From positions 67,456,001 through 67,520,000 of the forward strand of contig OX597820.1 of the NCBI GenBank assembly GCA_951406725.2: 64,000 bases of DNA, given 5' to 3'. Of this stretch, positions 25,218 to 39,829 are shown in pieces. How positions within the stretch are numbered: the first letter of the stretch is position 1; each line of letters starts with the position of its first letter. The notes under the pieces are model-generated. The model was not told the origin of the DNA and ran no database searches. It saw only the letters and a program-made list of their open reading frames with translations. Made by a program: the position numbers and the translations under genes. This DNA is from Octopus vulgaris. Taxonomy: Eukaryota.

Positions 25218-26314
25218 TATATATGTATAGAAATAAATGTACACATATACAGCTATACACACATACACACACACACATACATAGGTGCAGGTGTGGCTGT
25301 GTGGTAACAAACTTCGTTCCAAAACACATGGTCCTGGGTTAAAAATTAAATTTAAAATAATAAGGTTGAGAAATTGAATATTAATTTGATTAATATGAAT
25401 TGAAAACCAGTGGTGTAGCATACAAGACCATAGCGGATCTTCTTCTATCAAAATGGATGTCCACTGTTAATGGTTCATCCCTCTTATATAATAGTTTGAC
25501 TTTAATAGTTTCAGTATTAAAGTGAAAGTATCTGACATTACAATAGAGAGATGTTTTTGTTTCACTTTTAACACGTAATACTCAAATAGTAGAAAAGATA
25601 TGATATTGTTGTGGGCTCGCCCTAGGTAAGAAGTTAGAAGTTTTTTTGCCCATGACACTACATGGACCCTAAGTAAGGCATGTGTAAAATTTAAATGAAA
25701 TTAGTTGTGTAGTTCTCAAGTTTTAGGGATTCACACAGACAGACAGACAGACAGACACACATTCTCAGTTTTATATATATAGAGAGAGATTCGGTGGTAC
25801 AAACACGAGAGATATAACTCTTATGCAATGCATAAAAAAGATAATATATACTTTTATTTTTCAAAAAGCTAAATTACTAAATTTCATTCACGGTTTCAAT
25901 AGAATTTATGGCGTTCATGCAGGTCAAAAATAGCTTGAACAGAAGCCTAGGTCCTTGACTTTTAACTTGACAGAAAAATCACATTTCTGACAGCAAATAG
26001 ACACCTCGTTCAAGGGAGAGAACTCCTCATTATATTGTCTGAAACTTGCTACAGCAGTTTTGTCACACTGACGGCTATAAGAGCCATCACGGGAATATTT
26101 TCACGGTTGTTCAGTTGCTAGGAATTATCCCTCAAACTAAACACAATCATCTTAAAAAAGGAAGCGTATGTTAAATAATTTGCCCAAGATCTATTATATT
26201 TGTTAAAGGAAAATATTTAGTTGAATTTTCACGACAATTTTTTTCGTTATAGTATGTTATACATACATACATACGTACATACATACATACGTACTCATAC
26301 GGGTATTCTATTTC

Positions 26315-26402
<88 letters not shown>

Positions 26403-26403
26403 G

Positions 26404-26437
<34 letters not shown>

Positions 26438-26533
26438 TGTATGTATGTATGTATGTATGCATCAGCATAGCCGCAGCTCTGAGCTGAAACTTGAGGAAAA
26501 ATATGTATGTATGTATGTATGTATGTATGTCTG

Positions 26534-26572
<39 letters not shown>

Positions 26573-26573
26573 G

Positions 26574-26740
<167 letters not shown>

Positions 26741-26892
26741 ATATCTATCTATCTATCTATACATACATACATATGGCAAACGAGACCGACAGGATAAGTA
26801 CTAGGCTTACAAAGAATAAGTTCGAGGTCAATTTGTTTGACTAAAGGCGGTGCTCCCGCATGGCCGCAGTCATACAACTGAAACAAATAAAA

Positions 26893-26951
<59 letters not shown>

Positions 26952-27241
26952 CATATATATATATATACCTATATATATATACGCATATACATAATACATA
27001 CAAACACACACACACACACATACATATAAGTTCATATGTTCGTTCCATCAAATTTATCTATGTATCTATGTGACTACCGATCTATTTATTCATATATACG
27101 TAATATGTACATACATACATTCATATATATACATATATAGGCTTACAATATATATATGCACACAGTCACACATACATACACGTATATTAGCTTTAGGTAT
27201 TTTTACATTGCTTAGCACATTGGATGGTACATACATACATG

Positions 27242-27312
<71 letters not shown>

Positions 27313-27382
27313 TGGATAATAAAACGAATGGTTTACACCTGGTAGCTTACTAGTAAAGCACGGTCACTTTCACAGTGATCGT

Positions 27383-28093
<711 letters not shown>

Positions 28094-29104
28094 CATACAT
28101 ACATAAACACACAGGTAGGCATGTTAGAGGTCTGTTGGATCCATTTTCATAACTGAGAAACCCCTTCGTATTGAAACCCGGGTCAAACCTATCTAGGCCG
28201 TATAATGGTTTCAAATTTTTGTACAACGACTGCCATTTCAGGTGGAGAGGGCGAGTCGATTGCGTCGATCCTCGTACTTGGCTACTGCTTCATTTTATCG
28301 CTCTCGTTAGGACGTAAGGCAAAGTTGATTTCGGCGGAATTTGAACTCAGATCGTAAATTCAGAAAAACTACCACTAAGCACTTCGTCCGGCGTGCTACC
28401 GACTCTGCCAGACATATATTAAAAAAGAAAAAAGAACAATAAAAACACTAATGTCCATCTTCTCTAATGTTCATCCCCCCAGCAGGCTACCCAGAGAGGA
28501 AGCCTTTGCGTAGTCACTCAGCATGCTATAAATAATATTCAAATCTCCTTCAAGTCATACTACCATCTTAAGAATGGAAGAACATATTGCATAATGTGAT
28601 CCTTAAAACAGTACGCTTGAAAACAATGCAGGATTATTATAACAAGAACTTCATATGATCATAAGTCTTCTAGAACAAGATTTTCCTGAGTCTATGCAAT
28701 AACAATGACGACGACGACAACTTATTCCAAATACACGCTATTCCCTCTTTTTGTCTTTATACTGTTGCTACATTGGTTTTTGTCAAGCAAATTGCGTACC
28801 TCCAGCGTATAGGCATACCCTACGATCTCACAATGTCTTTCATCGTCGCCCTTACTTTGTCTTGCCCACCCAAATCACTAGAATCAGCTCGGGACTGTTT
28901 GCTCAATTGTTTATTTTTTCCTATAAACGCACCTTTTGGAATTCAACCATGGCTGGCTGTTATGGTATTTAGGCCCAGGTTGAGCGGATCTTCGACCAAA
29001 TTCATTGCTGCAGTGATAATCCAGTGTTATTTTCAGGCATAGTATATCTAAAACTACATTATTTTATATATTCTTCTGTTATTTTAGGGATGGCATATAG
29101 TGTA

Positions 29105-29452
29105 GTGAAGCACATAGCCTAGTCGTTAAGCTGTTCGACTCACATTCAGGATGTCGTGAGAGTTTCAATTCCTCACGACCGTTGTGTCCTTGAGCAAGGC
29201 ATTTTATTTCACGTTGTTCTGCTCTAACTCAAATGAAAATAAAGTATCATCCAAGTACTTGAGCCGCTCTCTCGGGATCCTCTCTTCCAGCGGCTGTCAC
29301 ATGATGGACGTGCCGCTGGGTGAAATGATGGGAGAGGTGAGAGAGTTCTGCACACTACTACATAGGAACCTAAATTAGCGAAAACATGGTACACCTGACC
29401 AAGTCGTACGCGTTCACGAGTGAGGGATGGCTTTTAAAAATGTCCCCACTTA
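29105..29452 (+). mobile_element. CORE-like tRNA SINE (family E); inverted partner at 31110-31410
   Basis: TTGTGTCCTTGAGCAAGGCATTTTATTTCAC core; tail ...CCAAGTCGTACGCGTTCACGAGTG..GGATGGC..TTAAAAATGT is reverse-complemented at 31110-31300. Confidence 0.8.
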
Positions 29453-29472
29453 GAATACATATATATGCACGC

Positions 29473-29557
<85 letters not shown>

Positions 29558-29595
29558 CATATATATACACACACACACATATATATATAAAAATA

Positions 29596-29796
29596 ATACA
29601 AAAATAAATATAAGAGAGTGGTCACTATATGGCTCACTCTAGCACTAGTAAATCCAAAAGGTTTCAACCACAAAAATACATGTTTCCCATGAAAGTCAGT
29701 ACGGGGAAACATGTATTTTTGTGGTTGAAACCTTTTGGATTTACTAGTGCTAGAGTGAGCCATATAGTGACCACTCTCTTATATTTATTTTTGTAT
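29596..29796. repeat. Perfect 93-bp inverted repeat with 15-nt spacer
   Basis: 29596-29688 is the exact reverse complement of 29704-29796 (read by eye). Confidence 0.92.
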
Positions 29797-30154
29797 AAAA
29801 TATTATAATATATTATAAAATATTATAATAATCCAGGTTTCTCGGGGCACTGGGCCACTTGGTGTTGAATAGATATACTATTAAATTAGTATCTAATTCT
29901 CTCAGACTTATTAATTAATTATATATATATATATATATACTATTTATTTCGTATTTTATTTAGTTCTAGGTAAATGTTTTATCGTATCTTTAATTCTTTT
30001 CTATATGGTATGATTTAAGTATATCATTATCGAATTGCTACATGGTGGTTCTTCTCTAATTTATATACATGTATTATATATTGTGAAATTTGATTTAGTA
30101 TTACTAAATTGAATTTTTCCCTGTAAGTTTGGAATCATATTCCCTAATATTATA

Positions 30155-30314
30155 GGCGTAGGATTGGCTAGGTGGTAAGTAGCTTGCTTACGAACTACAT
30201 GGTTCCGGGTTCAGTCCCACTGCGTGGCACCTTGGGCAAGTGTCTTCTACTATATCCTCGGGCCGACCAAAGCCTTGTGAGTGGATTTGGTAGACGGAAA
30301 CTGAAAGAAGGCCG

Positions 30315-30382
<68 letters not shown>

Positions 30383-30580
30383 GTGTGTGTGTCTGTGTTT
30401 GTCGCCCCAACATCGCTTGAAAACCGATGCTGGTGTGTTAAGGTCCCCGTAACTTAACGGTACGGCGAAAGAACCGATAGAATAAGTACTGGGGTTACAA
30501 AGAATAAGCCCTTGGGTCGATTTGCTCGACTAAAGGCGGTGCTCCAGCATGGCCACAGTCAAATGACTGAAATAAGTAAA

Positions 30581-30583
<3 letters not shown>
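30155..30583 (+). mobile_element. SINE family A full copy
   Basis: Family consensus with internal (TA)n. Confidence 0.88.
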
Positions 30584-30625
<42 letters not shown>

Positions 30626-30631
30626 TACATT

Positions 30632-31110
30632 GAGGTATATCTGTTGTGCATCCAGAATTCGCATCTCTAAGCAGTTTGCTGTATTGTGCTGCGACACCTT
30701 GCATTTTTAGAGATTTCAACAGTGGATTCATCTCGACGCTATCTGAGGCGTTTTCGTAATCAACAAATGCGATCCACAGAGAGGAAGCTTGCACTCGTTC
30801 GCTCGTTTTATGAGCTGTGTTAAATTGGGTATGTGAGCTTCTGCGAAAAGGATAGAACATTGATTGTCTATCACGCAAAGGGTCATGGAGGGGTCCATGC
30901 TGGGAATGTCATTACAAGAATACATTTGAAATGAGATAATTTGAAAACGGAGTGGAATGAACGATGGGATTGCAGAGTACCAAATGCACAAGTTCCGCTG
31001 GGCTGGACAAGTCACAAGGTTCACAGACTACAGGTGGGGCCTTGCAGTTGCTTAATGACATCCAAGAGATCAGAAAAGTTCACTTGGATGGGAAGACGAT
31101 TTAGTTAAGC
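30632..31110. mobile_element. RTE-clade LINE fragment with internal inversion
   Basis: Minus 30632-30860: LWIAFVDYENASDSVEMNPLLKSLKMQGV (RT domain). Plus 30861-31110: QRVMEGSMLGMSLQEYI*NE...KFRWAGQVTRFTDYRW (RTE C-terminus). Confidence 0.82.
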
Positions 31111-31642
31111 AATGGGAACATTTTTAAATGCCATCCCCCACTCGTGAACGCGTACGACTTGGTAACAGGTACCATGTTTTCGCTAATTATTTTAGGTGCC
31201 TATGTAGTCGTGTGCAGAACTCTCTCACCTCTCCCTTTATCTCACCCAGCAACACACTCAGGATGTGACAGCCGCTGGAAGAGAAAGCGGCTCAAGCAAT
31301 TGGATGGTACTTAAATGCGAAATAAAGTGCCTTGCTCAAGAACACAACGCGGTGTCCGATCGTAAGGAGTTGAAGCTCTCAGACATTCTGAATTTATGTT
31401 GAACAAGATGGAAAAGAATGCAGTAATCAAGACTGAATTAGAAGCGCATTGTGACCAGCGGTGCATAACAGCATCTTATGAGCTGCATACATACATATCT
31501 GTGAAACGCATAAATGCACATCACAGATACTGTGATATGAATATATAAATGTATATTTGTGTGTGTGTGTGATTGTGTGATTGTGTGTGTGTATGTGTGT
31601 GACTATGTGTGTGTGTGTACTTTATGATAAAAGCTGCAAAAT

Positions 31643-31859
31643 ATTCATAGAACTGTTGCTCAGACTTTCACGTTCCCGCTCATCGGACAGTTTCTATTAA
31701 TTTAAATGTCCACCCATTACTAAATATTTGCCGTTACGTTTTTTTTTTAAAATTAATAAATCTGATTAAAGGTTTATTCGTTTATAATCTAAAACTCAGT
31801 ATTAATCAAAACTACCCGACGAACGAGAATGTGAAACTCTGAGTAACAGTTCTGTGAAT
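31643..31859. mobile_element. Short fold-back element with paired outward HHR motifs
   Basis: (-) 31651-31692 AACTGT-CCGATGA-GCGggaaCGT-GAAA-GTCTGAGC-A-ACAGTT; (+) 31810-31851 AACTAC-CCGACGA-ACGagaaTGT-GAAA-CTCTGAGT-A-ACAGTT. Confidence 0.75.
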
Positions 31860-32356
31860 GCCCTCTTGTCGACAGCAAGGACATCATCTTACATCCACCG
31901 GGTCCTCTCTGGCCAGAAAGTCAAGAAGCGAATTTGCCGCAAGAGGTTAGTGCTCTTCCATTGGGGTCGGTGGTTCTTGCATCATGACAATGCACCAGGC
32001 CACCATTCCATTCGGGCGACCAACTACTTAACAAAGACGAGCATCAAAACTGTTTCTCACTCTCCCTACAGTCCAGGCCTTACCCCCTGTGACTTTTGAT
32101 TGTTTCCCAAGTTGGAAAAGAACCTCAGTAGCAGTCATTTTGAAGACACTGAAAAAAATACAAGATGCTGTGATAAGGGTCTTTGAGCCCTTCCCTTTGG
32201 AGGATCTCCATGGGGCCCTCTTAAGCGGCTGAAACGCTACAAGTGCATTGAAGTGAGAGGATAAAATTTTGAAGGAGATTAGAATTGTGTACTTCTTTGA
32301 AATTAATAAATGTCTTACCTGAAAAAGTTTCAAAAATTCTGGAATGCATCTTGTAT
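31860..32356 (+). pseudogene. mariner (DD34D-type) transposase relic
   Basis: WFLHHDNAPGH...SHSPYSPGLTPCDF*LFPKLEKNL: HHDNA and YSPDLAPxD motifs with stops; ends near a TIR-like ...CTTG|TA. Confidence 0.85.
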
Positions 32357-32969
32357 ATAAAATTGTTTTTTTTTTTTTAAAGTAAAATGTGATTCTCTCT
32401 TTTTTTAGTGCAAATCTCACCTTGTGAAAACTGAAAACATACACTAATATTTAAAAAAAAAAATTTTATACGAAAACATTTTTATGTGAAAACAATTTTG
32501 TATCTATATTTTCATATATATATATATGTATGTATATATGCAATAGAAGTATTTGCTCCCTGAGTTAAAAAATAAATTTGTTTTATTCACACACACACAC
32601 GCGCACACACAATACACACACACACACAAACACACATATATGAATATATACACATCTTTGTATATGTAGATATATGTAGATATAGCTACATATAATAAAT
32701 ATACATACGTACACACACGGATATATATATATACACACACAATACATATATATACATTTATATACATAATATATATATATATTACATATATATATATATT
32801 TTATATTATATATATTATATATACATATATATTATATATATATATAATATATATATATAATATATAATATATATATAATATATATATATATTTATATATA
32901 TTATATATATAATATATATATTATATATATACATATATCTATATCTCTATATCTGTATATATATACGCT

Positions 32970-33047
<78 letters not shown>

Positions 33048-33052
33048 TACAC

Positions 33053-33086
<34 letters not shown>

Positions 33087-33705
33087 CACACACATGACTC
33101 ACTCATCTTAGGGGCGTCCGCACAGTTTTTATCCAGTAAATTATACTGACCAGTCATAAATCAACTCAGCAATGTAGTAGCATACATTTAGCTAAAATTT
33201 AAACTTACACTTTCATTCTTCGTTCCTTGTTCTATACAATGAAGTACTCCCCATAAGTTTGGGGTCAAATTAAATGACTACACATAGAGATCCTTACTTT
33301 TTTTTTTCCATAAAAAACAAAACAAAACAATATTGGCCTAGTGCCAATGTAAGAAATCTATATTCATATTTTTTATAGTTGTTCTGTAAGAAAAATATAT
33401 ATTTCTATTTAAAATACCTTAAAAATACCAGCGCAGAAATATCTTCACATTGATCTCTCTTCATGCTTCGATAGACTATGAACAAAAGAAAATACTTTCC
33501 AGAAATATTTCCAAAGAAAATTCTATCACGAGATTTAGACAATGAATGCATTTGAAGATGTCACGAACAACATATAATAGTCTGCAACAAACCATTAACA
33601 AAGTAGAACAAGCGACATTATTATGGAAGGGAACAAGGGAGTATGTGTCTGTGTGTGTGTATGTGTGTGTGTGTGCGTGTTTGTGTGTGTGCGTGTGTGT
33701 ATGCA

Positions 33706-33737
<32 letters not shown>

Positions 33738-33799
33738 GAGAGAATAAAAAAAATAAAAAAATACAAAATCGATGTAAAAACAACTGCGGCAACACAACA

Positions 33800-33801
33800 G
33801 A

Positions 33802-33858
<57 letters not shown>

Positions 33859-34140
33859 GTATTGATAATGGTATATTGGTAGTCGCGTTGGTGGCGGTGG
33901 AGGTGGTGGTGGTGGTGGTTGTGGCAGTGGCAGTGGCGGCGGTGATAAGGATGCGCGAGATGATGATAATGAGGACGATAACGATGGTGATGATGATGAT
34001 GATGATGATGATGATTCTGGTGATAATGATGATGAGGATGAGGGTAGTGACGATGCTGCTCCTGCTGCTGCTGCTGATAATATTGATGATATTGATGATG
34101 GTGATGATGATGATCATGACGACGACAACGACGACGACGC

Positions 34141-34196
<56 letters not shown>

Positions 34197-34350
34197 GTCG
34201 TAGTGGTGGTAGTAATGATGATGATAATGACGACGATAATGACAATGGTGATGACGTGGTCAATGACAATGATGATGATGACGATGACGACGACGGCGAT
34301 GATAACGATGATGATAGTGGTGAGGATGATGATGATGATGATGATGATTG
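33800..34350. repeat. (GAT/GGT/GAC)n compound trinucleotide microsatellite
   Basis: Direct reading. Confidence 0.95.
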
Positions 34351-34480
34351 TAATGTTACACAATGTGTTTTAACAAGTTGCCATTGCTGTCAGGATTGCT
34401 ATCAACCATCAGACTGTCCGTTTATCCATCCATCCATCCATCCGTGCACCCATCCAAACCCAAACACACACACACACACG

Positions 34481-34545
<65 letters not shown>

Positions 34546-34610
34546 ATACAAACAAACATACATACACATATATATGCACATGCATAGATATAGATATATA
34601 TACATACAAC

Positions 34611-34700
<90 letters not shown>

Positions 34701-34928
34701 TGTCTGTCCGTCCGCCCGTCCTCCCGTCTTTCTATCTATGAATAAACCAACAAGCAGTACCTCTGCGCGTTAGCAACGGTTAATTTAATTAGCAACGGTT
34801 TATTCTCTCTCGAATCACATCTTTTCTTTGTTTCATGTTACATTGATATAATACCCAGGTATCACCGGATACTTGAGGTAAATCCCACCTCCCACACGGT
34901 AGATAAATAAAGTGGTAGTGCACATTTC

Positions 34929-35249
34929 GTGAAGGTGAATGGCTCAGTGGTTAGAGCGTCGAGCTTACGATCGTGAGGTTGTGAGTTCGAATCCCGGACC
35001 GGGTTGCATGTTGCGTTCTTGAGCAAGACACTTTATTTCACGTTGCTCCAGTTCACTCAGCTGTAGAAGTGAGTTGCGACGTCACAGGTGCCAAGCTGTA
35101 TCGGCCTTAGCCTTTCCCTTGGATAACATTGGGGGCGTGGAGAAGGGAGGCCGGTATGCATGGGCGACTGCTGGTCTTCCATAAGCAACCTTGCCCGGAC
35201 TTGTGCCTAGGTGCAATCCCATTGTCAGTCATGACCGAAGGGGGGTCTC
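34929..35249 (+). mobile_element. CORE-like tRNA SINE family D
   Basis: A box TGGCTCAGTGG, B box GTTCGAATCC, core TTCTTGAGCAAGACACTTTATTTCAC..CAGCTGTAGAA; TSD GTAGTGCACATTTC / GCAGTGCACGTTTC. Second copy at 53002-53337. Confidence 0.88.
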
Positions 35250-35451
35250 AGCAGTGCACGTTTCAGTCACAGCTTCCTTTGGTTTGTTCCTTGTGGCCAT
35301 GAAGAAAGCCCCCCCCTCGTTATCCTACATTCGTGAAACCAAGGTTTGTTAGCGTTTATTTTGCGCTTTCACGGACAAGTTCTCCGAGCAAGGCGACATA
35401 TTCCTAAGTAACACTGTTCTATCAAAACTTCTCTGACTAAAGTCTGCCAAT

Positions 35452-35861
35452 CTCTTTACTCTTTTACTCTTTTACTTGTTTCAGTCATTTGACTGCGGCC
35501 ATGCTGGAGCACCGCCTTTAATCGAGCAACTCGACCCCGGGACTTATTCTTTGTAAGCCCAGTACTTATTTCATCGGTCTCTTTTGCCGAACCGCTAAGT
35601 GACGGGGAAATAAACACACCAGCATCGGTTGTCATGCAATGCTAGGGGGACAAACACAGACACACAAACATACACGCACACATATATATACATATATACG
35701 ACGGGCTTCTTTCAGTTTCCGTCTACCAAATCCACTCACAAGGCTTTGGTCGGCCCGAGGCTATAGTAGAAGACACTTGCCCAAGGTGCCATGCAGTGGG
35801 ACTGAATCCGGAATCGTGTGGTTGGTAAGCAAGCTACTTACCGCACAGCCACTCCTGCGCC
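35452..35861 (-). mobile_element. SINE family A full copy
   Basis: Family consensus, (CTCTTTTA)n tail on +. Confidence 0.9.
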
Positions 35862-36517
35862 TATATTCAGAATTTCTCTGAATTTCTAATTTTTTTTTAC
35901 CGAACTACTTCGATTTGGGAAACTTACATTCGGTTATGAGTATGTGTGCTGTCACTGCTGCTGCTGCTGCTGCTGCTGCTGTTGTTGTTGTTGTTATCAC
36001 TCGCAATGAGTTACTAAATCTACTCTCATCACCAGTTTTCATTGAATGCTCCTCTTTCGAGACATGTATGGGTGCCTGCAATTAATATTTTTAAAACATA
36101 GAAAGTCTGAGGTTTCCAAGATGCAGAGATAAGTTATTTTTTCTTTCTCAATGTCGCAATGGGACTGAGGTATGGATACATTTTACCTTATCGACCAATG
36201 GTTCTCAATCAGGGTCCACATGACCCTTGAGGGGGTCCATATCAGATTTTGTGGTTAAAATTTATTTTCAATAAATTTCTTATACTTCTACGGTACACAA
36301 AATATTTTAACAATTTTTTCATACAGTTCCTAATAATAGGCGTAGTCGTGGCGGTGTGGTAAGAATCTTTCTTCTCATCCATATGGTTCTGGGCAAGTAC
36401 CTTCTACTATAGCCTCAGACCGATCAAATCCTTGTAAGTGGATTAGGTAGACAGAAACTGATACATACATACATACATACATACATACATACATACATAC
36501 ATACATACATACATACA

Positions 36518-36550
<33 letters not shown>

Positions 36551-36830
36551 GTATATGTGTGTGTGTCTTTGTGTCTGTGTTTGTCACCATCACCACTTGA
36601 CAACTGATGTTGGTGTGTTTACGTCCCTGTAACTTAATGGTTCGGTAAAAGAAACCGATAAAATAAGTACTAGGCTTAAGAAATAAGTCCTGGGTTCGAT
36701 TTGCTCGACTAAAACTCTTCGGGGGCGGTGCTCCAGCATAGCCGCAGTCAAATGACTGAAACAAATAAAAGAATAAAAAAAAAAAGAATATTTAATGATA
36801 AAAAATATACAGTTTTATATTTAAGAGATG

Positions 36831-37428
<598 letters not shown>

Positions 37429-37537
37429 AATATAGATAAAAATATAATAGGATTTTTTTACACATCAGATGGCTAAGAGGGTCCTCGCAAGTCAAACAGG
37501 GATAAAAGAAAAATGGTTGAGAACCAATGATATAGAC

Positions 37538-37802
37538 CAGTGCTTCTCAAACTATCTGATGTGGTGTACCGGTAGTTGTTTTTCCAATGTGCCAGGGACA
37601 TGTAATATTTCTTAGTAATATTAATTTATACAGGAAACAATATGTTTAATGAATACAATAAAAGTTGACAATTTTTTTAATCTTATATTTATTTTGTAAA
37701 CAAATAATACAATATTACATAAGCATTTTATAACATTTCTTTCTTTTCTGGAATCTCACCGCGTACCGGCAGCTCCGCGGACCACCTCCTTGAGTAGTAA
37801 TG
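37538..37802. mobile_element. Second hAT/Charlie-like MITE sharing the target site with the first
   Basis: CAGTGCTTCTCAA ... TTGAGTAGTAATG; flanks ATATAGAC / ATATAGAT. Confidence 0.7.
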
Positions 37803-38221
37803 ATATAGATTTTCTTCGCTAGATCATTTATTTGAGGTAACCTCAGCGAAAAAAGAGGCCGGAAACGCTTTACCTATTTTTTAGTTCGAGTTTTCTTTTC
37901 ATTCTGTTGCCTGGCGAAACGAATTTTGTGTTGTTACTGCAATTGTTATAAATTTACAAGTTATTTAAATTGCTTAAAATTATGTTATTTTCTGTCAGAA
38001 AACCATTATTTGTTTCATGTGAAATACCTTTTGTTGACAAACTGGATTTTTACTCTCTTCCATGTGTAAAAATGTGCTTGTTGTTTTTTTTTGGGAGGGG
38101 GGGATTGTTTTTAACACCCACCCTTCTAATTGTTTATGAGTGACATAAAAAGTAAATAATTTGTCTTTTTGTTTTTACCCGAACAGGGAAGGATTAATGT
38201 CTACAAATAAATAAGTCACCC

Positions 38222-38291
38222 TATAATAATAATGATAGTGATAATAATAATAATAATAATGATAGTGATAATAATAATAATAATAGTGATG

Positions 38292-38352
<61 letters not shown>

Positions 38353-38465
38353 TAGTGATAATAATAATAATAATGATAGTGATAATAATAATAATAATAG
38401 TGATAATAATAATTATAATTATAATAATGATAATAATAATAGTGATAATAATAATAATAATAGTG

Positions 38466-38535
<70 letters not shown>

Positions 38536-38564
38536 TAGTGATAATAATAATAATAATAATAGGG

Positions 38565-38622
<58 letters not shown>

Positions 38623-38646
38623 GTGATAATAATAATAATAATAGTG

Positions 38647-38704
<58 letters not shown>

Positions 38705-38736
38705 TAATAGTGATAATAATAATAATAATAATAGTG

Positions 38737-38799
<63 letters not shown>

Positions 38800-38870
38800 T
38801 GATAATAATAATAATAATAGTGATAATAATAATAATAATAATAATAGTGATAATAATAATAATAATAGTG

Positions 38871-38934
<64 letters not shown>

Positions 38935-38984
38935 TAATAATAATAATAATGATAATAGTGATAATAATAATAATAATAATAGTG

Positions 38985-39050
<66 letters not shown>

Positions 39051-39125
39051 GTGATAATAATAATAATAATAGTGATAATAATAATAATAATAATAATAGT
39101 GATAATAATAATAATAATAATAGTG

Positions 39126-39164
<39 letters not shown>

Positions 39165-39195
39165 GTAATAATAATAATAACAGTGATAATAATCA
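38222..39195. repeat. ~1-kb (AAT)n array punctuated by AGTG
   Basis: Direct reading; recurrent ATAGTGATA interruptions. Confidence 0.95.
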
Positions 39196-39829
39196 TCCTT
39201 TCTTCTATAGGCACAAGCAGCAACAACAGTAATATTCTTGTTTGAAAGACCGGATACATCTCTCTCTCTCTCTCTTTTTCTTTCTCTCCCTCAATCTCTT
39301 TTTAAAAATATTATTTTGTTTGCTAAAACAATGCAAAAAAAATATAAAAAAATAAAGAGAAATTTTCACTAAAAAAAAAAAATGCACGAAAAGAATGAAA
39401 TTTATGAAATTCTTTCCTTCTTATTGCCACAAGCATAAAATGGAAATTGTAATAGTGAATGTCATCAAAAGGGAACATTTTCTTCAGATTTTTCAAAGTT
39501 GAGGAAATATAATTCTTGCTACCAGGAATAAAAATTTTTGAAAAGGATTGTCTTCTATACAGAAAGAGATATTTTCCAGGCAAAATTTAGTTTTAATGTG
39601 ATGCTAAAGCATCTATTTTAAACAATGTTTAAAGATACTGCTACTCTAAACTATTAAATGGAAATGAAATACAGTTATAGAAACGGACGATTTCAAGAAA
39701 CTACTTTAACTGTTTTAACCAGAAGAAATATTGTGAAACTTCAATAGGTTTCCCTACTAAATTCTTTTCTTGTTTTCATGTAAGTTTTTTTAATTTTTTT
39801 TTTTTTAGAAATTATTTAGTCTGAATAGA

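Noticed and set aside
33476-34373. 275-347 aa poly-Ile/Met/Val ORFs (also 38216-39259 and 63046-63906)
   Set aside because: Trinucleotide microsatellites lacking stops in some frames; no splice or homology support.
34929-35005. Apparent tRNA genes (also 53002, 43010-43082, 43225, 37152)
   Set aside because: Acceptor or anticodon stems do not pair properly and they continue into repeat bodies with TSDs; they are SINE heads.
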